A DNA stretch of 64,000 nucleotides from Octopus sinensis. Taxonomy: Eukaryota. The DNA lies in the NCBI RefSeq assembly GCF_006345805.1, contig NC_043015.1, forward strand, positions 9,424,001 to 9,488,000. The letters run 5' to 3'. Below, piece after piece: positions 25,605 to 38,330 of this stretch (position 1 is the stretch's first letter; each line of letters begins with the position of its first letter). A model generated the notes under the pieces. That model was not told where the DNA came from. It saw only the letters and a program-made list of their open reading frames with translations, and did not search any database. Made by a program: the position numbers and the translations under genes.

Positions 25605-26742
25605 ATCAGTTTGAATTACATCTCTAAATTTTGACTGTGTATGCTCCCCTTTCTATTGTAGTATTGATTTTGGTAGTGTAAAGCAACTTTCACGTGAATT
25701 CAATTTTATAAAATATAGTTGAAACATAAAAATTTTAACCATAGAATATATTTTTATTCTTTTACTCTAGTTTTCAAACCATCGAATATATTACACATGG
25801 AAAATGTTTATATTCATGTAGATTATTGTTAATTCGCTTAAAGTATGACGTATATTTTCTCTCAAATGCATTCGCCGGTGTGAAATTCTACATGAAAATA
25901 TTTTCTCCAGTGTTTTGTAGAGGAACAAAAACGACAAAACATGGTTTTATATTACTATTTAAAAACTATTACACAGGATTTGATTGAAAATATAGGCAGG
26001 GAATAATCAAATATATTCTAACATCTTTATAATATATATTGTCTCGAAATCCCAGATTTACAATTAAGTGCCGTGTTCGTTGCTCGTAAATGAAGATTAA
26101 GATGTATTTCCCTTGCAGTAACTTCAGTAGTAGTAATTTATAAATTGATAAAGGCATACATCTCGTTTTGTATATGTTACTTATGTTGGAAATAACATGC
26201 CTCAAACATGCATTCAGCCAAATCGCATGTAATACACGGTATTTGATGAATGATAATTTCATATTAGAGAACATCTAAAGCTTATCCCATAATTCACAGT
26301 CAGAGTAGTTAAAGAATGCATAAATCGCTCTCCTATTGCGATACGGAAATTGTGATTTGCGATATATTTGCTGGTCATTTATAACCTATATCGTCTTATT
26401 GATCAGATTATCGTTTCCATCAAAATTTCATCACATAAATTTGTGGGGTAGAACGTGTATCAGCCCTTCAATATCTCAGCGTTTCATTTTAAGTTTCTTC
26501 CTTTCCGAGAAACGTTCTACATTACTGTGACAAGTAATTATCACCATCTGTCTCTATTGAGAAACCGAAGTTTCCCCACTGATATATTATACAGAATCAT
26601 TGAAAACTAGTTTATCTGTTTTCATAGAATTGAGTGTTTCATCGGTGTTTCTAAAAGTCATATATGTAAAGAAGAACGCGAGGAGTACTGCCCGACCAGT
26701 TGTGGATGTCCATTATTTACTATGTACTAAAACCATAGTGAA

Positions 26743-27080
26743 GGCGCATGGCTCATTGGCTGGAGCGTCGAGCTTACGATCGTGAGGTTGTGAGCTCGAA
26801 TCCCGGATCGGGCTGCGTGTTGTGTTCTTGACCAAGACAATTTATTTCACGTTGCTTCAGTTCATTCAGCTGTAGAAATGAGTTGCAATGTCACAGGTGC
26901 CGCGCTGTATCGGCCTTTGCCTTTCCGTTAGATAACACTGGTGGCGTGGAGAGGGGAGGCCGGTATGCATGGGCGACTGCTGGTCTTTTTCATAAACAAC
27001 CTTGCCCGGACTTGTGCCTGGGAGGGTAACGTTCTAGGTGCAATCCCATGGTCTGTGTCATGACCGAATGAGGGTCTCAG
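26743..27080 (+). mobile_element. Full-length tRNA-derived SINE (family 3) with 13-bp TSD
   Basis: GGCGCATGGCTC head, GAGCTCGAATCCC B-box, CORE/V-like central block (TTCTTGACCAAGACAATTTATTTCAC..CAGCTGTAGAAATGAG). ACTAAAACCATAG flanks it at 26726-26738 and 27081-27093. Confidence 0.9.
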
Positions 27081-27733
27081 ACTAAAACCATAGAACTTAC
27101 CAGTCATCATTATTGAGAAAATATTAATCCACTTGGTCTTCCGTGTGGCGTAAATATAACATACATATAAAGTTTCTAAAAATGATGCTTCCAGATCATT
27201 CATTTCCACAACATGGCGCTATATTTACATTGTTTCCAAAACTCCAAAACAATATTCTGATGTCTTCAGCATTTCATCGAATAATTTCATTTCATATTCC
27301 ATCTGTTTTTGCCTAATTTAATCTTTCAAATTGTAGATATGTTATCTCAAATACAATGCGTTCAGAAATGAAACAAGCAATGCATTTGTTGCAATACCGT
27401 TAGATTTCATAAGCTATGTTATATTTTATTACTTCAGTATTAAACCCCCTCAAATACTAAGGAGTGACAATAATATAGCTTCATCTAACAAGGGTAGAAT
27501 TAACTGAAAATAACGGAAAAGAAAACCAAACCTCGTTGCTTTATGGGAAATTATCCACTCACAGTGCATTTAATGGATCCATGGGTTCAACATAGCATTC
27601 ATAGAAACAATATTGTCAGGGAGCTTTGAGTGGAACGCTGAAATATATAGAGAGAACTATGTAAAGTTGAACGCAAATATATTTGTCTGGCTAGCTGAGG
27701 GGGAGTAGAGTGTAGTGACAACATATATATATA

Positions 27734-27779
<46 letters not shown>

Positions 27780-27784
27780 ATAAA

Positions 27785-27952
27785 ATAATATGTGACAATT
27801 ATTCAATAGCCAAGATAAAACTCTGAGTTTCGGATGCCGAAGCGGAAATCCACAATACCATCTCTTCGGTTATCTGATGGTGTTGTGGATTCCACTTCGG
27901 CATCCGAAACTCAGAGTTTTATCTTGGCTATTGAATAATTGTCACATATTAT
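27785..27952. repeat. Inverted repeat (~78-bp arms, 13-nt loop)
   Basis: Arms 27785-27862 and 27876-27952 with about two mismatches and one indel; extends imperfectly to ~27772/27965; follows (TA)n. Confidence 0.95.
27813..27875 (-). ncRNA. Putative type I hammerhead ribozyme variant
   Basis: Minus strand: AGAUAA-CCGAAGA-GAUG..CAUC-C-GAAA-CU-CAG-AG-UU-UUAUCU. 6-bp stem I, core differs from CUGANGA at one position (U4C), GUU triplet. Confidence 0.5.
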
Positions 27953-28024
27953 ATCATAGATATATTTCCTCTATTTACATAATATTGAGGTATGTTTCTT
28001 TCTTTCGTTATCTTACCGGTTTTA

Positions 28025-28078
<54 letters not shown>

Positions 28079-28094
28079 AGACTCTGGTCGACAC

Positions 28095-28190
28095 ATGGCT
28101 ATAGCAGAAAACACCCCCAAAGTGTCACGCAGTGGGTTTGTACACGGAGCCATGTTGTTGGGAAGCATGCTTCTTACTACGCATCCACGC
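28095..28190 (-). mobile_element. SINE fragment (family 4, related to 39228-39388)
   Basis: GCTATAGCAGAAAACAC..CACGCAGTGGG matches 39285-39325. Confidence 0.65.
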
Positions 28191-28664
28191 CGCATAAAAT
28201 GACTGAATCCGAAACCATGTCTAAATTCCAAGCTATGTTGCTGACAAGCTAACATCTTATATCATTCATAGTGCAATCACACACTTCACAAATATGTCAT
28301 TCCATAGAATTCATAATAATCCCGAACAAATTTTTCGATAACTACTTTCTTATTTGGTACGTTTCATATTCGAGAGTCTACATAAATATTCACTCACTGT
28401 ACATGACTTGCTATATTACTGAGGCTGTTAATATGCATATGTCACTAATTCTCTCTATTTCCTCACAGTCAATATGTAACCGCTGCCGGGGTAGTTGTTT
28501 AAACATAAATAGAATTAGTGATATGCTACTACTATACGAAATATGACAGGAACATGACGCACGCACACGAAAAAGTACTGGCCATCTCTTTTGTGCACAT
28601 ACACAGGCACACAAACATACACACAGACACACACACACACAGACGCACACGTACACACATACAC

Positions 28665-28705
<41 letters not shown>

Positions 28706-29479
28706 CAGAGAAAAAGAGAGAGATAAATGGTTAGTTAAATAGATAGATTGATTCAAAAGTAGATACTTACACAGGCGTATGCATATATGCGCATTCGAAT
28801 CTATGTACACACAAATACACATACTTGCATATACATTTATGTCAAAATAAATTGATCTTACCTGAATCCCACTGTGTATAACGATAACTACCTTAATGTG
28901 TATACGTTTCAGTAAATTCACACACACACACATACACATATATATGTATCCCAATATGCATACATATTAATGCACCATTGAACAAGCGTACTTAGCCACG
29001 GGGAGAGAACAAATGTGCTCTAGAAATTCGGAGTGTTTTACATCGAAACCTGTACTTGGAGTATTTACTTCGCGCACTGATTGTGAATTCCAGCAACAAT
29101 ACCACGTTTATTTGCTCATTAACTTTACTCATTCCAACATACGTTCTACTTTACTTGCTCTACTATATATCCATTTACCAACCTTATTGAGGAACTAAAT
29201 TTTACTTTTTATTCACTCATAGCAAACTAAAATACAATTGCCAACTCTAAGGTTTAAATAGTCTGGTCAATATTGGTTTGAAATGATTCAATGAATAGTT
29301 ATAATGTTGCAGTCTTCATCATCATTATTTCCAGTGCCACTCTTGTCATTGTCGTGGTCTTCGACATCGTTGTTATCATGGTCGTTGTTATTCTTTCGCA
29401 CAATTTCGATTATGATTAACTAGAACAACAACGAAAAATTATCCTGAAAGCTGTGAATCTATCTTCCTTCAATCAGCGC

Positions 29480-29960
29480 ATTACATAGCGAGTTGATGAT
29501 GTGGACATTACAGGCTCTCAAATGATAATGTAAACCGGCTCTTCTTAGGTAGGCTCTGGCACAAACATGTAACATTCTGTCAAGTTGGGTTCGGACAATG
29601 GCTCTTTCCATCTTTTGGCGTTTCCAATCCAACATATGTGCTCTGGCTTTCTCAAAATGTTCTAGCCATCTGGATGACTTGTCGCCAGAACACACTATCT
29701 GTTCCAACACCCTTCCAGCTGGTGGTCTTTATTTCAACCTCACTTCCTGGGCGCTCCTTGTCACTTTTGCCTTCACTGGGCAGACCGTATGATATATTCT
29801 ACATCTTTCCATGTTAATGAAGTAGCCTGCTCATCTGAGATGTCTGAGCATCAATAGGATTTCCATACTTTGGATCTTCACATACTAGAGAAATTCTTGT
29901 TGACATATTATTTTCAAGAGATACCCATGATGAAGTGAAGGCATCTGTGGTGGAAACCTT
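29480..29960 (-). mobile_element. Decayed RTE-clade LINE 3' fragment
   Basis: Minus strand LLEGFHHRCLHFIMGIS..LEHFEKARAHMLDWKRQK..VCARAYLRRAGLHYHLRAC resembles the RTE/BovB post-RT region with a terminal zinc-finger-like tail. Stops present. Confidence 0.7.
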
Positions 29961-30239
29961 CTAGCAGTTTTGCTTGTTTACTATAAAGCACCAAAAATTC
30001 TGAGCCATATACAAAAGGAACGACAAAACTTGTTTGATGACTTTGAATTTACTCTACAGTTACTGTGCATAGTTGGGTCATACACGATTTCAAATGGCAG
30101 TGGCAATGCTGTTAACTCTCATTTTACAAGGGAAATTGTTTGTGAAAAACATTCAACTGCATGTACATGGGATTTGGTTTTGATACATGTACCAGAGCAC
30201 ATTATCAACCGCATGCAACGGAACCCTTGATATTTGTTC

Positions 30240-31340
30240 TGAAATTAAAGTATTGGAACCTGAGGGCTCTTATAAATATCTAGGTGTATTGGAAGGAGAA
30301 TCGATTAAACACTCACTACTGAAATAAAAAAGAAAAAATTAATGCTATCGGTGAGTAAGAGCAATTCTGAAAATCGGGCCGAAAACCGAAGTCAAAAGTG
30401 AATCCATAAACATGCTGACCGTACACGCAATCACATATAGCTCGAATATATCACTGAGATAAAGAACAGTGATGCAAAAATTCGATAGTAATGACAATGC
30501 ATCATATGCGTTACCTAAAAGCAGATATTGATCGAATATACTTTCCGAGAAAAGAAACTAATTTAATCTCGTCTCTGACTACACGCAAACGACAGCATGT
30601 TAAAGCTGGATCAGAAATATGTATATAGCAAAATGTAGCACGCATTGAAGAAAAACTCAAAAGTAGGCTTTCGATAAGCGCAGCTAGATGATAAAAGCAC
30701 CTGATGAAAATGTTTCCCCGATTGATTTGGCGAAACAGATAAAACAGCCAAAGAAATAATATTGTCAGGTAAACCAGAGTACAATACGCAAAGCAAAAAC
30801 CGCTGTATGGGTAATTATTGCTGCTCAGGGTCAGTCACGTCGAACTAGAAATTACAAAAATGATATTCTGAAACTTGAAATAGAGTCAATAGTGTTTGGT
30901 GTTGAGGAGTCCTGAAAAAATAAACCGTACAATCTTGGAATGAAGTCAAACAGCACCAACAGAGTACTTGCGAAAATTCGACAAGAGAACTCTGTACATA
31001 TTGTCCAATGCACATTCAACCACTCTCACAAAAAGAATTGTTGGAAGCAAAGACTAACACAAGTTGTGCAGTATGCTGTGGCTAACATCCTTTGGAATTT
31101 ATGTGGACAGACTGATTGAGAAATTCAATCTGGGGAAAATAATGTTGAAAGATAGTGTGAAATTTGACGAATATGAGATCTCGAAGCAACAGTATTATCC
31201 ATCGTTAGAGGGTAACTGCAGTGAGATCATGGAGAGCAAACATGCAAACCTCATACCAGCAGCTTCAAAATAAGTGGCTTCAAAAGGAACATCAATAAGG
31301 ATACCTCGCATATTCTACGTAAATTTCTCTCTAGATACAC
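30240..31340 (+). mobile_element. Decayed R4/Dong-type (REL endonuclease) LINE fragment
   Basis: YKYLGVLEG..VRAILK..KADIDRIYFPRKE, IIAAQGQS..TRNY, ILWNL..QTD and TSHILRKFLS follow the motif order of the R4/Dong C-terminal half. Confidence 0.75.
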
Positions 31341-31534
31341 GCAACATTATATTTTGAGTGTTTTTGTTTCCTGCCAAGAAAGACTCTGTGTTCTTTTCTC
31401 CAATTTATGATGCCATTCGTGTTACCATCTTTAGATGAAAAATGTTCTTGTCTCTTGAATTCTTTGTTTGAGACATGGATCCAAATTATGTAAATTAAAG
31501 CAAACTCAAGACATATTCATATTCTTTTTTTGAG

Positions 31535-31668
31535 CTTCTTCTTCTTCTTCTTCTTCTTCTTCTTCTTCTTCTTCTTCTTCTTCTTCTTCTTCTTCTTCTT
31601 CTTCTTCTTCTTCTTCTTCTTCTTTTTTTTTCTTCTTCTTCTTCTTCTTCTTCTTATTATTATTATTA
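31535..31668. repeat. (CTT)n/(TTA)n microsatellite
   Basis: Direct reading; source of the poly-K/poly-E ORF in the track. Confidence 0.97.
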
Positions 31669-31689
31669 AGTGAGATGGCAGTGCATGTC

Positions 31690-32202
31690 ACCATAGGGAC
31701 ACTGGGGTAAAATATACGAAGCCCAGTATACCCATCATGACAACCCGTCTGATAAGGCTAAACTAGGCATATGCATCACATACATGTGCCCGACATGGTC
31801 TTCTCATATCAAGATAAACAGCACATGACATTGCAGATGAGGCTCAGTTACAATTTTCTTCTGGTCGAGTAACCCATCCCGCTCAAAAGTTCCCTGAATA
31901 AGGGTTGTTTAAGGATATTGAACGAAACACCCATGTTTCCAGAGGTGAATTTTTCAAATCCCGAAGAATACCTCTCAACAAATGGCTAGGATGTTCCCCC
32001 ACTACATCTTCTCGTCATCAGAGATGCACATATCGTCAGCCACTGGTTAAGGTCAAACAACAGACAAGCAATTTTGCGGTATTGAGCAGAATATTTGCTG
32101 TAGCCCATCTTTTATACTAAGACAAAACAACGTACTTGATAACACTTCCAAAAAGTTATGATCAGAAGCCACGAGGGCTACCGCCTGGTACTGCATCAGA
32201 GC

Positions 32203-32206
<4 letters not shown>
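31690..32206 (+). mobile_element. Non-coding retroposon-like segment ending in an (ATT)n tail
   Basis: Balanced-GC segment ending GGGCTACCGCCTGGTACTGCATCAGAGCATTT directly before (ATT)n. I recall it as an abundant RTE-associated repeat but cannot verify this. Confidence 0.45.
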
Positions 32207-32263
<57 letters not shown>

Positions 32264-32342
32264 ATTATAATTATTATTATCATTATTATTATTATCATCA
32301 TTATTATTAATATTATTATTATTATTATCATTATTATTATTA

Positions 32343-32382
<40 letters not shown>

Positions 32383-32490
32383 TAATATTATTATTATTAT
32401 TATTATTATAATTATTATTATTATTATTATCATTATTATTATTATTATCATTATTATTATCATCATCATCATCATTATTATTATTATTAA
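32207..32490. repeat. (ATT)n/(ATC)n microsatellite
   Basis: Direct reading. Confidence 0.97.
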
Positions 32491-33129
32491 TATTGTCGTC
32501 ACGGGAACCGGACGTGTATTTCAGAGCTCTGTATGTGAATGCCTTGTTTAATTCTATAAATATTGTTATTGTTACATTTTACGGCAATAACTTGTAAATA
32601 GGTTAATCTAGACCATATTGGCCTGATTAACACGCTTTTGTCCCCTGCGGGGCCAAAATCCCTCGAAAAGAAAATTAAGTTTTCCTCTCAATATTTGCAC
32701 AATTTTATATGGCGTCGTCTTCGTCAGTAAGTCGGCAAGAGAGGGAGGTGGGAGGAGAAGTAGAAGCCGAAATTGTCTTTCGCCTTCACACGCCCCACTC
32801 ACTCTGGATGTAAATGATTGTGGTAATTGCAGGAGGTGTAGCATCAGCAATGACAACAACGACAACCAGAGTGGCAGCGTCAGGGGTAATGAGAATTCGA
32901 TTAAGGAGTCGCGAGATGTAACTTGTAGCAGCCAATTGAGCAAGGAATATATCACCGCCATCACCACTACGACCACCACACAATCAGTAAAATTTCGAAC
33001 GAAGGAAGGTTGAAATAGAAACAACGTTCCCCTTCGCAAATGTTTCAAATATGCTTGAAATTATATCGTTAAAAGATAAGGAAGAACATTTAAATGAAAC
33101 AGAGTGGATCATAAGACTTGAAGAAAGCC

Positions 33130-33870
33130 TGCACTAAATATGCCTCAAAACCTGATAGAAGCAACCGAAAGTAAAAACGAATGTCTACTACAACTTTTTC
33201 ATTGACCAAAATTGTTTCACCTCCAAAACTAACTTGTCATATCTACAGAATTGTATTTCTTCCTTATCACATGCCTTGTTGTCAACTGGGCATGCTATTT
33301 CTATGATCCAGCATCGTTTTCTTACTTTCTCAAATAACACCATGTCTGGTTTTCTGTTCTCTAGTTGATGGTCGCACTGAATCAAAGAATATTTACATTA
33401 TCATTTTTCATGTTCCCTTCGGTTTTATGTCTGTATCACATATTTGCTCTGTCAAGTCCATACTTTGCTGCAAATTGTCCACTCGACAATCCTTGCTATA
33501 TCGTCATGACGCATTTTGCATTCTTTCTGGCCTAGTGTTGTACATTGACTGATACTATGCTATACGGTTTCACCATTTTGTCAAAAAATCCCGCACTTTC
33601 TGATGTATTGTCTTCTCTGTATTTTAAGTAGTTTGTTCTTAGTGCTTGTTCTTGAGAGGCACAGATTAGAGCCTCTGTTTCCGGTTTTATATCACTTTTA
33701 GTCATCCATAGGCATCTTATTCTATGTCTGTCTTATGTTCAACACCCCTATAAAATTGTGTATGCATTCTTTTCTTTATCCCCTATTTTGAATTTCATTC
33801 ATTCTCATGTGCTTGTACAGTGCTTTATCTTTGCAATATTTCATCTTAAACAAGCCTGACATTCTTTCTG
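33130..33870 (-). mobile_element. Decayed R4/Dong-type LINE, REL endonuclease region
   Basis: IQCDHQLENRKPDMVLFEK..CWIIEIACP..YDKLVLEVKQFWSMKK is the R-K-P-D restriction-like endonuclease motif; the upstream sequence resembles a decayed CCHC/RHD region. Confidence 0.85.
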
Positions 33871-35420
33871 ACATATATACATGTATGTAAGCATATACAC
33901 GTATGTATGCTCGCGTGCATGTTGTGTATAATCGTTTGTTTCGTACTGTATATTTGTGTCTTAACTAGTTTTTATGTTCTCGGTAAACGAATTCTGCTTG
34001 AGAAATATGAGAATTACATCGTTTATATCTCCATTCCCAAATGTGATGAGATGTTGCAGAGTAGATGTTACTACTCTGTGTTTCATTTCTGAACTATCAT
34101 TTAGTGTTTAAAGGAATATTGAAATATTACTCAAAGGTTTAGCTGAACGAGATATTATCCTCACACTAATTATATTTCCGAGAAGCAAAAATCTGATGTT
34201 ACCTGCTGCTTTTGACGTTATTACTCTTTCTTTCAATTTATTATCTCCGAAATTCTGTCATAGTTAACCATATGATATTCTATCAGCCTGAATCATAGTT
34301 AAACATGAAATACTGCAGTGTGTTGTAATCCAACCGCCTACACGTGCTATTACATGATATATAATATCATAATTGTATTATTGCAGTGGTGACTTTTGGT
34401 TTTAGATTTATAAAACTTACTGTATCGGATCCTTCGATTATATTATGAACACACCCTCATAGGATAATACATTTAACCATTTAGAATTTACACTTATATG
34501 CACAAACATGTATTTGTGTATGTATATATCACTATGTGTATTTATATGTATCTGTGTATTTTGTTTCTAATATATCTGAATGAGTATAGAACAACATATC
34601 AGTTGAATGCATTTAAAATATAGTCTGGTTTTTACTTTTATTGTTATGGCATTTTAACAAAATTAGTGTTTCCATTCATAAGGAATCCATCAGGTTTCCG
34701 TTGATTTTTACTGAGAGTTGAGTTCTTGACAACCTATTAAAACGCTCCAGTTAGCTGAATTTTTTTAATATATTTTTGATCAATGCGCATGCTCTTAAAT
34801 ATCACGGTTTACCAGGCGTACCGATATTCTGTAAACGTTATTGCTGTTATTTCCATTCAGTACAGGATTGAATATTTTAATAAAGCCTATTTGTTTTATA
34901 TTTCTTCCAACCTCTCATGTGGCGTGTACTTTGTGATAAGAAAAAAAAGAAAGATTTTCTGACCACATGTCTCTATGTTTTCGCTTAATGGAATTCAGCG
35001 AACATTGGTTTGTTGTCAGTGGATTCGTGGCGTTCCGACAATGCATAACCTGTCTCGCCTATACATATCGCAATTCTGCGAAAATCTGTCCATATTTTGT
35101 TCTACTGGCTCCACATGTATGAATGTATTGACACGTTCTACATCTGTTATCATTACACTTTGATACTATGAATGCGTTATCCTGTTTGTTCGTGTTCAAT
35201 TTTACATTTGCTAATTTTGCTTTAGCTTATGTGTTTGCGTTTTACTTAAGATAAGTGTTTGTTTAGTTTTATTTCATTTTAATTTTTCACTTTCTTTAAT
35301 GTTTGGCAAATTTGTTTTGATAATGTTAAAAACGTTTTGATGATGCGGATTGTGTGTTTATAGAAATGGTATTGTATTCCTTTGACATACATTTATACAT
35401 ATATATGTATGTATATATAT

Positions 35421-35464
<44 letters not shown>

Positions 35465-35512
35465 ATTATATATATATATGTGTGTGTGTGTGTGTATATG
35501 TATATATATATA

Positions 35513-35550
<38 letters not shown>

Positions 35551-36548
35551 TATATATATATATATATGCATATATATATATATATATATCTATATATATA
35601 TATATATATCATATATATAATTAAATACACATATATACATATATAAATATATGTATATTTACATGTTGTATATGCGTATATATATTTATATATGATTAAG
35701 TTTGTAACAAAATTTGGTATAAAAGACATCTATATCTACTTGTGGGTGCATTCTATGCAATCACAAATGGAATGGAGCAATTGACAATTTCAAATAAGAC
35801 AGATGATTGACTTCACCTGGAAATTGTTTATCAAATTTTCTCATCGTACTTAACTTTCTTTGTTGACATTTTCCAAATACCTCAAAACTATCTTTGATGA
35901 TCTTTATCCCCTTTCGTCAAGAAGCTCTTGTTCTGTTGCATTTGCCGCATTATCTGCTCGTGGTGTAACAGTATTTCTAAAGCTCTCACAATTACGCTCA
36001 CATAAATCAATAAGCTTGAAATATATTTATTAAAGTGAGCTCTAAGAATATACGAAATTAATATCACGGGAATGTTTCCAGTTCTGAAACAATGCTGGTA
36101 ATTCTTAATTTGCGAATGTTCCACAATTCCGAATGGCACACACAAGCTGTATGTATACGAACTGAAACAATACTTAACAATACAGCCGTATTAATTAAGA
36201 AATTAAAGGCATTTTCTTCTGTTTTATATGAGATAAATTGTCCTTCAAAAAGAATCGTTATAGCATTAGAATAGTGTAGTCATTTATCCAGGTCATAGCG
36301 AATGTTACAACTGGTTGTATGATTGTACGCATGTGTATTAAACATGAGCAGTATTCTATGTTGCATATTTCTGTTACTTACCCATTATGTGTGCGTGTAT
36401 TTTTCGTGTATTTTTCCTTGTATGTAGATAGGTGAATGTTCTACCGAAATATTTTTAACTTGTAAATCCTTGATGTATTATACGTCGTAACACACCTCTT
36501 ATAATGTACATTCATGCTTATAATATATGTGTATGTAATTATATATAT

Positions 36549-36592
<44 letters not shown>

Positions 36593-37317
36593 ATATTATA
36601 TATATATATATATATGGGAATGCAGTTGCTGAGGAATAACTGCTACCTTGAATCGATGTCTCGTCATCATTCTCAGTTGAATGAGAAGGTGCAATGGTAA
36701 CGGCTTTTTTTTGTCGGTATAATTAATTGTTATTTGTGGGTATGGCAGTCGTAGCAGTTGGGCGACCTGCATGCTGTTACTCATTACGATGTGCATGTCA
36801 AACCTTCAATGGGTATGTTTTGATTTTACATTTTTTTTTAGTTATATGTAACGTAAAATAGTCGATTTTATTCATTTTACAGGTACAACTACGATTCATG
36901 CTGCCCACCCGTTTGGCTTCAAAATAACATTTTTTTTTGGGGGGGGGGGGGTTGTAACCCCAAACTGTTCGTACTAACGTTTTGGATATTCCTGTAATTT
37001 TTCTTAATGAATAATGTTGCAGTGTTAACTTCTTAATAGATTTTCAGTGCAGTTCGAAACTTGAGCTTCATTTTACTTTAAATCTACGGTAATGTTTTCT
37101 CCATAATTTTAATAGAAGAAATATTAACCAACAATACCAACAATTGCAGTCGGCATTACACATTTGCAGCACATTCAGAGCAAGCTCGAGCATCGCACCA
37201 CTATAGTTTTATTCATAGATTGAAACTACGTCAAAACTTTGTTAACGCTACATAAAAGTGTAACGTTTTAAGCGCAACTAAAAGACAAACCCGAGCAACG
37301 CCAAGCTATACTGCTAG

Positions 37318-37355
<38 letters not shown>

Positions 37356-37360
37356 TATAC

Positions 37361-37423
<63 letters not shown>

Positions 37424-38051
37424 TAATAGTAATAGTATGACAACAAATGAACAAATGAGACCTCGATATTATGTAAATGGAGGAATTTATCTGTAAAATA
37501 ATGACAATTATTCGGTTGCCATAATAAAACGCCGAGTTTCGTATGCCGGAGCGGATATCTGCTCCGGCATCTCGCCAGTTATTAAGACAAAACAAAAATG
37601 CTATGAAAATGACCGTTAAACAAGGGGGAATTACTATGAAGTTGATCTTTATTAAGGCAAACAAAAGCGCTATTAGAATGACCGTTAAGTAAAGGGAGAT
37701 AAACGGAAAGGGGAGAAACTGAAACCTGGTCATAAGCTTCATGTATGAGCGCATGTAGATGCATACACTTGCTTGCACGCATACCCACGTACATGTGCAT
37801 ATATGCATATACTCACTAGCATTCGCGTGAAACACAGAAATGCACACCCACCCACACACACATATGTATACATATATATGCAACGTATACATGTACACGT
37901 ATACCTATCTGCACATACCCTCACAAACACACGTATATAAACCATATGCGCACAATTATATTCATATACACATGCATGGTGTAATATGTATATATTTCAC
38001 GTGAGAGTGAATGAGTATATGCACATGTGGCACTTTTAGACGTGTACATAC

Positions 38052-38250
38052 TCTTTTACTTGTTTCAGTCATTTGACTGTGGCCATGCTGGAGCACCGCC
38101 TTTAGTCGAGCAAATCGACCACGGGACATATTCTTTGTAAGCCCAGTACATATTCTATCGGTCTCTTTTTGCCGAACCGCTAAGTGACGGGGACATAGAC
38201 ACACCAGCATCGGTTGTCAAGCTATGCTAGGGGGACAAATACAGACACAC
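38052..38250. mobile_element. Abundant SINE-like repeat (short fragments also near 41375 and 63920)
   Basis: TTGTTTCAGTCATTTGACTGTGGCCATGCTGGAGCACCGCC recurs in degenerate form at ~41375-41418 and ~63925-63968. Confidence 0.7.
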
Positions 38251-38281
38251 AACACACACACACATACATATATATATATAT

Positions 38282-38314
<33 letters not shown>

Positions 38315-38330
38315 ATATATATATATATAT

